64,000 bases of DNA from Mobula birostris (lineage: Eukaryota). The stretch lies in NCBI RefSeq assembly GCF_030028105.1, contig NC_092382.1, positions 98,472,699 to 98,536,698 on the forward strand, given 5' to 3'. Position 1 is the stretch's first letter, and every line of letters begins with the position of its first letter. Both the position numbers and the translations under genes were made by a program. The notes under the pieces are model-generated. The model was not told where the DNA came from. It searched no databases and saw nothing but the letters and a program-made list of their open reading frames with translations. Below, piece by piece: positions 1 to 12,069 of the stretch.

Positions 1-2156
1 ACTGTACGCTACTTTTCTATTGCTGACATGGAATAGCTTTCTGAATAATTATCGAGAACATCTGCTTGCAGTCCGAGTCCAAGGACACTCAAAGCTGCTG
101 TGCAGGTTGACTCTGTGGTGAAGAAGGCTTAAATATGACCTACCAACTGTCAGTTTTCTATCTATCCCCTAACGAATCCTTTTTGCTTGTAGAATGAGAG
201 TGTCCTTCCATTTTCTTCACAGGCACATGTCTGTCTCAGCTTCTGCAGGCAGATGTGCAGAACAAGCCGTCGGGTATAATCAGGGCAGAGGCTGATCGTT
301 TCTTGATAGGCCAGGGTAAGAAGAGTTACGGGGCAAAGCTGGAGATTTGGGCTGAGAGGAAAATTGGATCAGCCGTGATAAACTACAGAGCAGACTCGAT
401 GTGCCAAATTGGCATAATTCTGCTCCAATATCTCATGGTCTGATGATCTGAATGTCAGGATAGTTTGGTGGACCATCCAATTCCTTGCGCGATTTGATCA
501 AGGGGTAGGTGGTTATGTAGATGAAAGACGCGTTAGCCTTCATTTGAGGAGAGCTGGACACAGCTGGACTATTTTCTCCAGAACGGCGGTCCGCAGGAGC
601 AAAATTCGGCCGTTGTCCTATTGCATCCATGAAAGAAAATCGCATATATGCTGCCTGTTCAGCTGAGTTTCTCCAGCATTTTGTGTGTGTTAATTCAACC
701 TTCCAACATCAGTAGAGCTCCTGTGTTTATGATTTGCTGCTGCATTGCAAAGTTTTCACGGGGCAAAGTTACCTTGAAGAAATTTAAATCCTCATTTCAA
801 AAGGATTTCATTGAGAGTCTCTCTCACTGATCCTCCTCTGGCCTATCAGATTCCTTCCTCACCCACCCTTTTCCTCCCCCAACCGACGGGCTTCACCTGT
901 CATATTCTTACTATATTTGCATATGAATGTATCAAACAGTGGGGTTACTGAATTACCTGTTCACGAACGGGTGCTTCGGTCCAAGTCGACCACGCTGAAC
1001 ATTTTACTTATACCTCAACATCAGCAATCTTGGTGTTCTCTACTTTTTCTCTATATTCGTAAAAAATATAACCTTTTCACAAATCCTCTATCGTTTCGAA
1101 GCAATGTAGAGACCGAACTGTTGTATTAGTTTGACAAAGTTGTCAGTTCTCGGGCTAATTTGACAACCCATGCGCACTTTTACCAAGCTTCCTCAACATC
1201 CACAACCCCATCACGTTTCGGGTCCTCTGCAAGCGTATTTATGTGTCACCTACATTTTCATCCAAGTCAAACACCAGAGAATCTCCAACACATGTCAAAT
1301 GCAGACTGCAGAATGGTTGCCCTCTACCACGACCCTCTGTGCACAATCTCCGCACCAAATTTGAATGGATGCTGTGCCCTGAAGCTTCGTTTTCTGGATC
1401 ACCCTACCCGTTAAGGGTCCTTCTCCAAAGTCTGACATATAGTTCATTCTCAACGGTCGAGCCTCAGGTGCCGAATCTCAATGAATAAATAGACACCCGG
1501 TGTCTTTTCCTCAACAATCACCTTCCCCACATAACCAATGTACTCAATCCAATTCGACAGATTGACCGCCACTGCACCAAGTGTTCAAGAATTTATTTGA
1601 TTTCTCAGAAGGCATTGCGATGGCAATTGGTGCTTCAGACGTACGAACGACGATTGGACGAGTGGTTTTACGAGTGCGAGTTACTGAAATATTCCCTGGG
1701 TGACAGAGAATGTCGAAAGAACTCCGGAACAAATGGAGATTTGCAGACTTTCCACGCCAACTAGTCTCCCCGATCCGTTCAAAGGCTGAGGTTCCTGGAA
1801 CCAAAACTCTCGGCACAGGAAAGCTATTGAGCTACATCGGGCGTACCTGGGCAGGCGTTCGGGACGCACGGAATACCGGCAGGGGACAACGGTCGTATTA
1901 CATTGGTGATGTCAAAGCTTCGCATGCAAATAACGGTGGAATCAACCACTTGGTGGAAATGAGGGGAGGCATTACAGGGAACTCGTGAAGAAAGTAAACT
2001 GGAAGGAGCACAGTGGAGGCAGATTGGAAACAGGTCACCGATGGTGCTCGTGCATGGACAAGGGGAGGCGGGAGGTATCGGGGCTGTCAACAACCCCACT
2101 GGAACTGCACATGCCACTGAAGAGACGGGGTATTTTGCGGAAGTAGGGGAGAAGCG

Positions 2157-3073
2157 TCACTGAGGATTAATGCTGTCCTGACAACGCCGAGTGAACTTTG
2201 CCATGAGACTTAAGGGCGATTTCACCGTCTCCTTCAGCTGCAGCCTGAACCTGGCCTGGATCACGACGTAAAGGGCCGTGTTGGTGCAGCAGCTCAGAAT
2301 TTGCAGCATGTATCCCAGCTCCCGCAGAGAATTCGGGGGTATCACGTATAAGTAATAAATCAAGCTATCCCATACGGAATACACCGTCCGCAGCACCCAC
2401 AGCAGGATGAAATTCCCCGACATCACCAGCAGTAACAGGAGGGATTGCCTGCGGTTCTTCATCTTTGGGTCGGCGGGAGTCTCGCCATCGCCCGAACCAC
2501 GGAGTCTCCTCCGGACTCGGCTGGCTAGTAAGACATGTCTGATTGTTAAACTGTTGAGCAGGAGAATCAAGACAAACGGGAATGTTGGTGTGAGGGAATA
2601 ATGAATCAGTTCAAATGTTGCCTCCTGAGATAGGGAAAAGAAACCACGTCCACTCAGACAGAGCAAGGAAGTAAATGACATCGAATATGTCCCGTCGAGC
2701 ATAAAGTACCAGAATATGTTCTTTATGCAGTTCAGCACAGTCACTGTCCAGAGAACCAGAGCCGCCGCTCTCCCGGTGCCGTATTTTCGTTTCAGCTTCT
2801 GAAGACAAATGGTGACAAACCGATCAAAGGTGAAAGTGACGGTGAACCAGACAGAACAGTCCGTGGCGGCGTAGAACACGACGGTGTGGATATTACACAC
2901 GGGAACGCGATGCGACCAAAAGAAAACCTTCATTGGCATCGTGATCTTGCTCAATACCAGATCGAAGAGAACGACGAGCTGATCCGCTGCTACCATGGCA
3001 ACCAGGTACCTTGTGATGCCTTCGGAGAGGCCGCAATTTCCCCGAGACAGGATGACGATTGTCACCACGTTCA
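2157..3073 (-). CDS. GPCR copy 1, coding exon 2 (end of TM1 to C-terminus); rhodopsin-like, GPR139/GPR142-like
   Basis: Hydrophobic TM segments with AADQL (TM2), C..TFDRFVTIC (TM3), LSCCTNTALY (TM7). Splice acceptor tatttccgtccgcacag|TG at 3074/3073 and stop TGA at 2157-2159. Joined to exon 7092-7272 gives 1098 nt = 365 aa + stop. Confidence 0.92.
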
Positions 3074-3239
3074 CTGTGCGGACGGAAATATAGAAGATTA
3101 ACACACTTTCGGATGGACACTTTCTCTGAAAGCAATTATTTTAATCGATAGCCCTCCCAAGAGCAGAGATGAACATGGAATTAATGTAACTATGAAGGAG
3201 ATTATCAGGATCATTATTAACTTGGTAGTGAGTACAATG

Positions 3240-4120
3240 CACCTGCTGAAGTTCAGAAGGATGAGAGGAGTCTCATTGAAACTTATTCAACATTGAAAGG
3301 CCGAGATATCGTGGACGCGGAGAGGGTTGTTTCTGTCGTGGGGGAGTCTACAACCTGAAGACGAGGCTTCACAATAAAAAGACATCCCTTTAGAACGGAG
3401 ATGGGTCGTAATTTCTTCAGACCGAGACAGGTGAATGTGTGGAATTCATTGGCACAGACGGTTCTGGGGTCAGTTCATTGAAACCATTGGCAGAGGAGAG
3501 TGATGGGTGCTTTATTCATGAGGTCGCCGATGGCTACAGGGCTGGGCGCCAGAATGTGGTTGAGTGCGATAATGAATCAGCTACACAGAATGGCGGCGAA
3601 AGCTCGGTGCTCGGCTGGTCGAATTCACCTTCTTCGTAGAATGCGTCTGCGATCCCAATCGACACAATTTTCCCTCATAGTCGAACCACCTCAGCTCTGC
3701 AGTCAACTGGTGAACCGCCTGCACAGCCAGTTTATCCATCCTCAAGTCGGAAGCCCTGAACTGCCCAGTACTGCAAATGCCTCCTCAACAGCACATTGTA
3801 CAGATGCAGCATAACCACCCTGCTGTTAAACTCAATCCCTCTGGCGACAAAGGCGAACATCCCGTTTGCTTTCTTGACAGTCTGCTGCACCTGCAAACCA
3901 ATCTTTTGTGATTTAAAGCACAAGTAATCCGAAGCCCCTCCGCACAGCAGCATACTGGAACCGTTTACCACGTAAATAATATTCTGTTCTTACAATTGTC
4001 CTTCCCATTCGATAACCTCGCATTTACCAACTTTGCACTCCATCTGCCAGACGCTGCTACATTCGCTGAACGTATTAATATCCCTCTGCATGTTGTCAGT
4101 TTCCTCTGCACTCTTTGTGT
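3240..4120. mobile_element. Decayed CR1 LINE 3' fragments in opposite orientations within GPCR intron (paralogous at ~5000-6450, ~22900-24340, ~39090-40550)
   Basis: Translations such as LELRRMRGNLLETYK, RNFFSQR.VN.WN and VKKANGM.AF..RGIE match the CR1 ORF2 C-terminus seen at 52478-53275. Confidence 0.8.
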
Positions 4121-4188
4121 CGGCGACAGATCATGGAAGTGATGATGCCCACGTACCCTTATGCTTTTTAACTGGTGAGACGTTGGAC

Positions 4189-4623
4189 TGTGATATAACT
4201 CGTGGGTATCTTGTGACTGTCTTGTGACCATGATGTAATTGAGTATCTTGTATGAGTAGGAAGGGTTGTGAAGTGTTCATTCGCCAGGACTAGGTCAGTT
4301 CATTTAAACCATTTTATTTCCTTCGCCGTGAATCCATTGGACAGAATCAGCAGTAACGGCACATCTCGAAGACATCCGTTTCCAGAGACGTCTCTCCGTA
4401 TTGACTGTGTAAATCACTTGGGCTTTCGAAGTTACCATTTTAATACTGTGTTCGAATTTACCACTTTAAGAACTGTTCCAGGGTTGCCGCATAGCAGTTA
4501 ACTTCTGGTTAAGTTAGTCGCTTGAATATTTTTCGCTATTACAGAGCAGAATGTAATAAACGTTTGTTTGTTTGTTTATAAAAACTGACACAATTATATA
4601 TTTGTGTTGCGGGTCACATGACA
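4189..4623 (+). mobile_element. Internally deleted solo LTR (Gypsy/Gmr1-like) in copy 1 intron
   Basis: TG...CA ends, AATAAA near the 3' end, and GTTAACTTCTGGTTAAGTTAGT resembling the LTR at 59397-60161. About 350 bp shorter than the copy at 40633-41420. No clear TSD. Confidence 0.7.
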
Positions 4624-7091
4624 TAAGCTATTTGATGTTTATATATTTTCAAATTAATTCCGCTGATACTATATTCTGCCAACATATTTACCCTACCTAA
4701 AAGAACGACTCTCATTTACCTATGTTGAATTCCAAGTGCCTCTTCTTAACGCAGTTTTGTATCCTCTCAAAGTCCAGCTGTAACCTCTGACAGCCCTCCA
4801 CACTATCTACAACGCCCCCAAACTTCTTTCATCACCAAATTTACTAACCCATCGCTCCACATCCTCATCCAGGTGATTTATAAAAATCAGGAAGAGTAGG
4901 AGTGTCAGAACAGATTCCTGAACCACACCACTGGAATCAAATGGATTGGATTGAATTGGGAGACATTAACAAATCGGTGGTGATTATAATATGGCTACTG
5001 TAGTTCAGGATAATGAGGGGAATTTCACTGAAACCTAGCGAACATTGAAAGGCCGAGATATCGTGGACATCGAGAGCGTAGTTTCTGTAGTGGGGGAGTC
5101 TGCACCTGAAGACGAGGTTTCACAATAGAAGGGCTCACCTTGGAACAGAGACGGGGAAAAATTCTTTACCCAGAGGCTGTTGAATGTGTGGAATTCATCG
5201 CCAGAGACAGATATGGTGGCCAATTCACTGGAATCATGTGCAGAGGACAGTGATGGGCTCTTGATTCAACGGGGCGCCGATGACTACGGGACTGGGCGCC
5301 AGAGTGTGGTTGAGAGGGATAATAAATCAGCTATGATAGAATGGGGGAGAAGGCTCGGTGCCCGAATGACCGAATTTAGCTCCCAAGCCTCATGGACTAA
5401 GCAGTGATAACAACGCATGGCTGGAATGCACTCTGAACTTTGGAATCTGAAGAAGGAGGTACAGACGGGAGGTGTTAAGAGAATAACGAACTGATTAATG
5501 TACCAGTGATCACGGTGACAGAAATTCAACACCCTCCATCTGTAAACACGGGAGAAGATGAGAATATAAGAACATTAGTAATAGGAGCAGGAATAGACCA
5601 TCTGTTCAGACTGGCATGCTCCGGCAATGAAAATGAACATCACTGATCTAACCATGCATTCATCGCCTCTTACCTAACTATTCCTCACAGCCCTTAATTC
5701 ATCTAATGCAAAAGCTATGGCAGCCAGTCTTAAATATCTTTATTGATGTAGCCTCCACTACTTCCTTGAGCAGAGAATTCCACACATTCACCAGTCTCTG
5801 AGAGGAGAAGTTCCTGCTCATCCCGGTACTAAATTTACTCCCCAGAATCCTCAGGCTATGTCCCGTAGCTCTAGACGCACCTACCAGTGGAAACAACTTT
5901 CCTGACGCTATCTTATCTATCCCTTCCAGGACTTTATATGTTTCTAGAAGATTTCCTCTCATTCTTCTGAGCTCCAGCGTGCACGATCCCAGTCGACTCA
6001 ATTTCCTCTCATTCTCGGACCACCTCATCTCTGAAATCAACTGGTGAACCGCCTGCACAGCCAGTTTATCCGTCGTCAAGTCAGGAGTCGAGAGGCGCAC
6101 AGTACTCCAAATGTCGCCTCACCAGTACCTTGCGCATTTGCAGCATAACCTCCCTGTTCTTAAACTCAATCCCTCTGGCAACAAAGACTAATTTGCCTTC
6201 TTCATAGCCTGCTGCACCGGCAAACTACCATTTTGTGATTCAAGCACAAGCGCTCCAAAGTCCCTTCGCACAGCAACATGCTGCTATCGTTTACCACTGA
6301 AATAACATGCTGTGCTGAAAATTGCCGGTCCCAAGTAGATGACCTCGCATTTACCAACCTTGCACTCCATCTGCCAGACGCTGGTACATTCGATGAACAT
6401 ATTAATATCCCTCTGCATGATGTCAGCTTCCTCTGCACTCTTTGTGTCGGCGATAAATAAACGCAGTGATAATTCCCACGTGACCTTATGCTATTTAACA
6501 GGTGAGACGTTGGAGCGACTTAATTATTTGTTTAATTCCGTTAATACTATATTCTACCATTGTATTTGACCTACGGAAAAGAACGACCTCACACTTATAT
6601 GTGTTGAACTCCATCTGCCTCTTTTTAACGCAGTTTTGCATCCTATCAATGTCCCTCTGTAAGGTCGCACAGCCCTCAACATTATCCACAACACCCACGA
6701 CTTTAGGTCATCAGCATATTTACTAACCCATCGTTCCACCTCCTTACCCAGGTCATTTGTAAAAATGACGAAGAGTACCTGTGCCAGAACAGATCGCTGA
6801 GGCACAACACTGGTCAACGCAGAACACGACAGTCTGCAACAATACTCTTCATTCTGTGGGTAAGTCAGTTCTGGACCCACATAGCAATGTCCCATTGGAT
6901 CACATGCTTCCTTACTTTCGCAATAAGATTTGCATGGTGTACTTTATCAAATACCCTCAGCCGATGTTTGCTGAAGCGATACCGGTTGGAAAGACCTGTC
7001 TTGCAATTAGCTAGCCGTTCGAGTACAGGTATGAAAGAGAAGCTGCCTTATATCTTTCAACGTAGTCATGAGAAAGAGACGAGACACTTAC

Positions 7092-7272
7092 CAAGAAGTA
7101 CTACAATTGCAAGTACAGGGTAGTAAACCGCTTGGAATGTCAGAAGCGCAAGATAGATTCGAGAGTCCAATGCCAGCCATTCGTAATTGTCAACAAGATA
7201 TGGATACGGCCAGAAAATATTCTTCGCGATTCCCGTAGCACTGGGCTTAGCATTTCGCAGATTACAATCCAT
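7092..7272 (-). CDS. GPCR copy 1, coding exon 1 (N-terminus and start of TM1)
   Basis: ATG at 7272 (MDCNLRNAKP...YYPVLAIVVLL), donor CTTG|GTAAGT at 7092/7091. Its 181 nt (phase 1) matches the phase of exon 2 (G+TG = Val, then NVVTIVILSRG). Confidence 0.88.
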
Positions 7273-7399
7273 TGTTGCGATCGTCTAGATTCCTGTGCGC
7301 GACCCAGCCTCTGTCTTCTCTCTGTCTGCAGCCGCTGGTCTCTGATAACGCGGACTGGCGGCTCTCACTGGCACTGACGTTGTCAGGGTGACATACTAA

Positions 7400-7660
7400 T
7401 AGACCAGGCAACCAGAAACCACTCCTCCGCGCTGACGTCGACAATCCCCACGGACACACCCTTCATTAAATTCTACGGAATGAGAGGTGCAATTAACCCT
7501 TTATTTGCAGACCGTCAGAGAAGCAATACAAACGGAAGTGTATCTAATAATCCCAGAAGTCGGATGTCCACGGACGCGTGCCGGTTCTTAAATGGACACA
7601 ACATTGAGAAACTCATTGAAACACAACTGGATACTGATATACAACCAGTCTGGAAAGGAA
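7400..7660 (-). promoter_or_regulatory. Conserved upstream (5'UTR/promoter) block of GPCR copy 1
   Basis: Block present before all three first exons (also ~25770-26020 and ~42325-42590). Shared strings: GACAATCCC, CCTTCATTAA, AGGTGCAATTAACCCTTTATTTGC. Function is inferred from position only. Confidence 0.5.
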
Positions 7661-7680
7661 GGTGCACGCTGCAAATAATA

Positions 7681-7725
7681 AAACAAACAAACAAAAAACA
7701 AACAAACAAACAAACAAACAAACAA
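7681..7725. repeat. (AAAC)n microsatellite
   Basis: Direct reading. Confidence 0.9.
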
Positions 7726-7792
7726 CATTAATGACATGCACAGATTAAAAATAAATATTGCATGGATAATTCTTAAAAATTATAGTTGCATC

Positions 7793-9135
7793 CAGTGGCA
7801 TCCAAAGGTTTGTTAAAAATTCCTGTTACTGTGAATAGCTATGCGAGTAAAAGAGGACCTGATTTCTGAAAGGCATAAAGTTAAAGATGACACATTTCTT
7901 TAATATTTTAAGCAAGATTACTTTACAAAGTCCATCTTTTACAGTTTCAAAATAACAAAAAAGGAAAAGGGCCCGACGCAAATGCTTGGACACCCTGTAG
8001 AGTGAGTACTTAGTAACACCCCCTTTAGCAAGCATCACAGCTTGTAAATGCTTTCTTCAGCTAGCTAAGAATCTTTCAATACTTGTTTGGGGCATTTTCG
8101 TCCATTATTACTTGCAAAAGTCTTCTAGTTCTGTGAGATTCTTGGGCCGTCTTGCATGCACTGTTCCTTTGAGGTCTAACCACAGTTTGATCGATGATGC
8201 TTAGGTCGGGGAACGGTGAAGGCCATGGCAGAACCTTCAGCGTGCGCCTTCGATGTAGTCCATTGTGGATTTTGAGGTGTGTTTAGGATCATTCTCCTTT
8301 TGTAGAAGCCATCCTCTTTTCATCTCCAGCTTTCTTACAGACGGTGTGATGTTTGCTTCCAGAATTTGCTGGCATTTAATTGAATTCATTGTTCGCTCTA
8401 CCGGTGAAAGTTTCCCCGTGCCACTGGCTACAACACAAGCCCAAAGCATGATTGACCATCCCCCGTGGAGAGGTGTTCTTTTCATGAAGTTCTGCACCTT
8501 CCTTTTCTTCAAACATGCCTTTGCTCATTGCGGCTAAAAAGTTCTATTTTAACTTCATCAGCCTACAGGACTTGTTTCCAAAATGCTTCAGGCTTGTATA
8601 GATGTTCCTTTGCAAACTTCTGACACTAAAATTTGTGGTGAGGACGCAGGAAAAGTTTTGTCCTGATGGCTCTTCCATGAAGGTCATATTTGTTCAGGTG
8701 TCACTGCACAGCAGAACACTGCACGGCCACTCCAGAGTCTGCTAAATCTTCCCGAAGGTCAAACGGGGGTTTTAATTTGCCTTTTTAGCAATCCTATGAT
8801 GAGTTCTCTCGGAAAGTTTTCTTGTTCTTCCGAACCTCAACTTGAGCTCCACAGTTCCTTGTAACTACTATTTCTAACTTACATTACGAACTGAGGAAAC
8901 GGCTGACTGAAAACGCTTTGTTATCTTGTTGTATCCTTTTCCTGCTTTGTGGGCATTATTTCTTTTAATTTTCAGAGTGCTAGACAGCTGCTTAGAGGAA
9001 CCCATGGCTGTTGATTTTTAGGGCAAAGTTAGCGGAGTCATGGTACATATAATGCTTTAAAATTTCCATCACCTTGCCTTTCCTAACGATGACTGTGACA
9101 AGCCATAGCCCGAACAAGCTAATTAAGGCCTGAGA
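7793..9135 (-). mobile_element. Tc1-like DNA transposon, truncated at one end
   Basis: Begins CAGTGGCATCCAAAGGTTTG. The minus-strand remnant HGGWSIMLW...LQKENDPKHTSKST is typical of a Tc1 transposase. Same site as the copy at 26116-27752. Confidence 0.88.
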
Positions 9136-9239
9136 AATTTCTGAAATATTTATGTCCCTTCGGCCAGATGATATCTGCGAAGGATACCGACAGAGACAGT
9201 AGTGTAACGTGCTGACATTGTCCTCTCTTGTCCAGTGTT

Positions 9240-10660
9240 ACCTCGTTTTTACAAATTGAATCCAATGTCTTCCCAACCACTAAGGTCAGGCTCTCCGGTA
9301 TACAATTCGATTTCTGCTACCTTCCTCCTTTCCTAAATAATCTGGTGCAGTAGCAAACTTTCAGTCCGCTGGCACTATGCCAGAGTCCAGTGGTTTTTAG
9401 AAAGATCATCAAAAATGCTTCTACAATCTCTATCTCTCATTCTTTTAGAAACTAAAGGTGCAGTTGATCTGGCTCGGATGACCCATGCAACCTTAGGTCT
9501 TTCGGGTTCTTGAGCACCTTCTGTCTTGTAACAGTGAGTGAACCTCTCTTCCTTCACACACTACAACATCAGACACAGTGCAAGAGTCTGCCAGAATGAA
9601 CACTGATGCTACAAACTCCAGTAGGTCATCTGCCGTCCCCTTGTCCCCAGTTGTTATTTCTCTTTCCTCATTTTCTAGCGCTCCTATACCCACTCTCATT
9701 TCTCTTTTATTTTTATATACTTAAAAAAGCTGTTACAATCCACTTTGAATTTTTTCATCTTGCTTTTATATTTCATCTTTACCTTCTCATGAATATTTTA
9801 GTTGTTCTCCGTACGTTTAATCTGGATATTTTCTCTGTTGTATACTCTGTCTTTTGCTTTTACGTTAGGTTTGACTTTCCTTGTCAGCCATGATTGTACT
9901 ATTTTACTATTTGAGTATTCCTTTGTTTTCACAATAGACCTATTTTGCACGTTCGACCGTTTGGCCAGAATCTCACGCCATTTCTGACCTGCAAACAAGG
10001 CTGACAACATCTCCTTCAAAATTACTTCGGCCGAGACCTTTCTCACACCACTTTAAACTCGTTTACTGCACCGAAATATTGCTGCGTCAGAATTTAATTT
10101 CTCCCTGTCATATGTGAAGTTGAAGTCAATCATAGTGGTTTCACTGCCTCCGAAGGGTGATTTTACCATGAGCTCCTTAATCATTTCCGATTTATTTCAT
10201 AACACCCAATCCAGTATAGTTGATCCCCACGTCGGCCGAAGGACAAATTACAAAAACAAACCAACCCAATCGACCTGCATGTGGACAAATCCTATGGCTA
10301 TCAGAACATTGCCCTTCAGGCACACATTTTTCCCGTTGCACTCTGCGGTCCATATCCCACCTACTGTCAGGAGGACTGCATATACCTTCCGTGAGTATAA
10401 TGTGAACCTGGCGGTTTCTGAACTCAACAGACGAGTATTCCACAGCTTAAGATCACATGCCATATTTTGTACTGAGCAGGTGCGATTATTTTCTGCACAG
10501 CCAAGCCACCCACTCTGCCGACCTTCCTATCCCTCCGCTACAACCTGAAGACCTCGGGCATTTAGTTCCGAAATGCAACCATCATTCGTTCACGATTCAG
10601 TGATGGGCACAACCTCACTCAATCTCAGAATTTGTAACGATGCAACAAGATCATCTGCTT
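9240..10660 (-). mobile_element. Decayed CR1 ORF2 fragment (paralogous to ~31420-33030)
   Basis: Translations GEITTG.K..A..L.E..ASVF and VHKSPGPDELH resemble CR1 ORF2. Confidence 0.65.
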
Positions 10661-11789
10661 TGTACCGTAACCTGGAGTTGCAGGTCAGTGACATTCGGCT
10701 CTTGACAGGAGAATGATGTGTTACCGCTCAGTTGCAGGTGCCAGGTATCTGTGTGAACGACAGGAGAGGGAAGAGGTGTAAACAGGCAGTGCAGAACACT
10801 CTGAGGTTGCTCTCATTAATCACAGGTGTACTGACTTGGATATTGTTGGAGAGACTACCTATCATGGGACTGCCGCAGCGGCCAGATCTCCGTCACTGAG
10901 TCCAACGCGGTGGCTCAGAATGGAAGAGAGAGAGGAGGAGTTACAGGAGATTGAATAGTTAGAGGAGCAGACAAGAGGTTCAGGAGGGACAGACAGATGG
11001 TGAAGAAAATGGCCAGAATTAGGGCAGCGTGATACTGACGCAATGCAGAGTTGGGTTTACAAAAATTTTTCAACACTTTTGCACAATATCATCATAACCT
11101 GCAACAATATCCTTCGCCTCCTGATCTTGTCCTATTGTGTTTCTGTTTCCGTAGTGAATGCAGATGTGAGATAATCATGAAGGATTTTCTGAACGTCTTG
11201 TCTTCAGATACCCTGCTTTCTTCTTTAGAAGGCCCACCATTCTCCTGGCTCCCGATTTGCTCATCAGAAACTTTTTCAATATCGCTTGATTCAACTTTCT
11301 CTCTTTGTTTAATATCTCCGCATTTCAGGCTCGAACTAATATTTCTAAATAGTAATCATCATTTATTTTCTCCTGTCGATACTTACAATGCTTCCCGTCA
11401 TTTAGCATTTCGAGCCTCGCCTTGCCCTGCTTCATACTTAGCTTCAACTTCAGAAAAAAATGCTGAAACTGAGATCCAAATTATAAAATATCCACCTCTA
11501 AGGTGTGGACTTAGCCCTGGCGGCGATTCTTAATAAAATTTCCCCAGATCCTGCCCAATGCGATTGTATTCGGGATTTGGCAGTCCGAACTATGCCCTGT
11601 GAAGACCAGTCTGATCATAACCTATAACGACCTCAACACATCTCCAATTATGGACATCGTCCCCAAAATACTCTCCATTTAATTATTGACAATTCGGTCG
11701 AACTAACTCCATATATTTTTCTTATCCAGTTTTGGGTCCACAAGGAATGGAACAATTAAAAAAATATTGTTCCTTACTCACGACTAGAG

Positions 11790-12069
11790 GTAGCAATGGG
11801 GGCTAAGAAATGACGTATGAACTTAATAGGTCCTTTGCAAATGCGTTTGCTCTGGAAGGCACTATCAGAATGTCAGAGTCCCGAAAGGGTAAGCGACAGA
11901 GAGTGACTGACAGTGTTATGACAAATGAAAAAGTGCTCGCCAAACACAAAGTTCTTAAGGTGAAAATGTTGCCTGGGCCAGATGGACTACACCTGGAGTT
12001 CTGAGAGAGGTTGCAGAAGAGATAATGGATATATTGGTCATCTTCTTTCTAGAATCACATTGATTCTGG
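11790..12069 (+). mobile_element. CR1 ORF2 fragment, left part (continues at 18041-18110)
   Basis: ELNRSFANAF...LKVKMLPGPDGLH. The sequence ...gattctgg|catgtcccgcaggactgaaagattacaaacgtcac rejoins across the inserted LTR. Confidence 0.8.

Noticed and set aside
3074-3104. ORF-track N-termini MLIFYISVRT (also 38928-38958) implying single-exon GPCRs
   Set aside because: Non-ATG starts inside the polypyrimidine tract and acceptor. A phase-matched upstream exon with a true ATG and the rest of TM1 exists for every copy.
7066-7272. 68-aa small membrane proteins (also 25434-25640)
   Set aside because: These are the GPCR first exons read through the splice donor.
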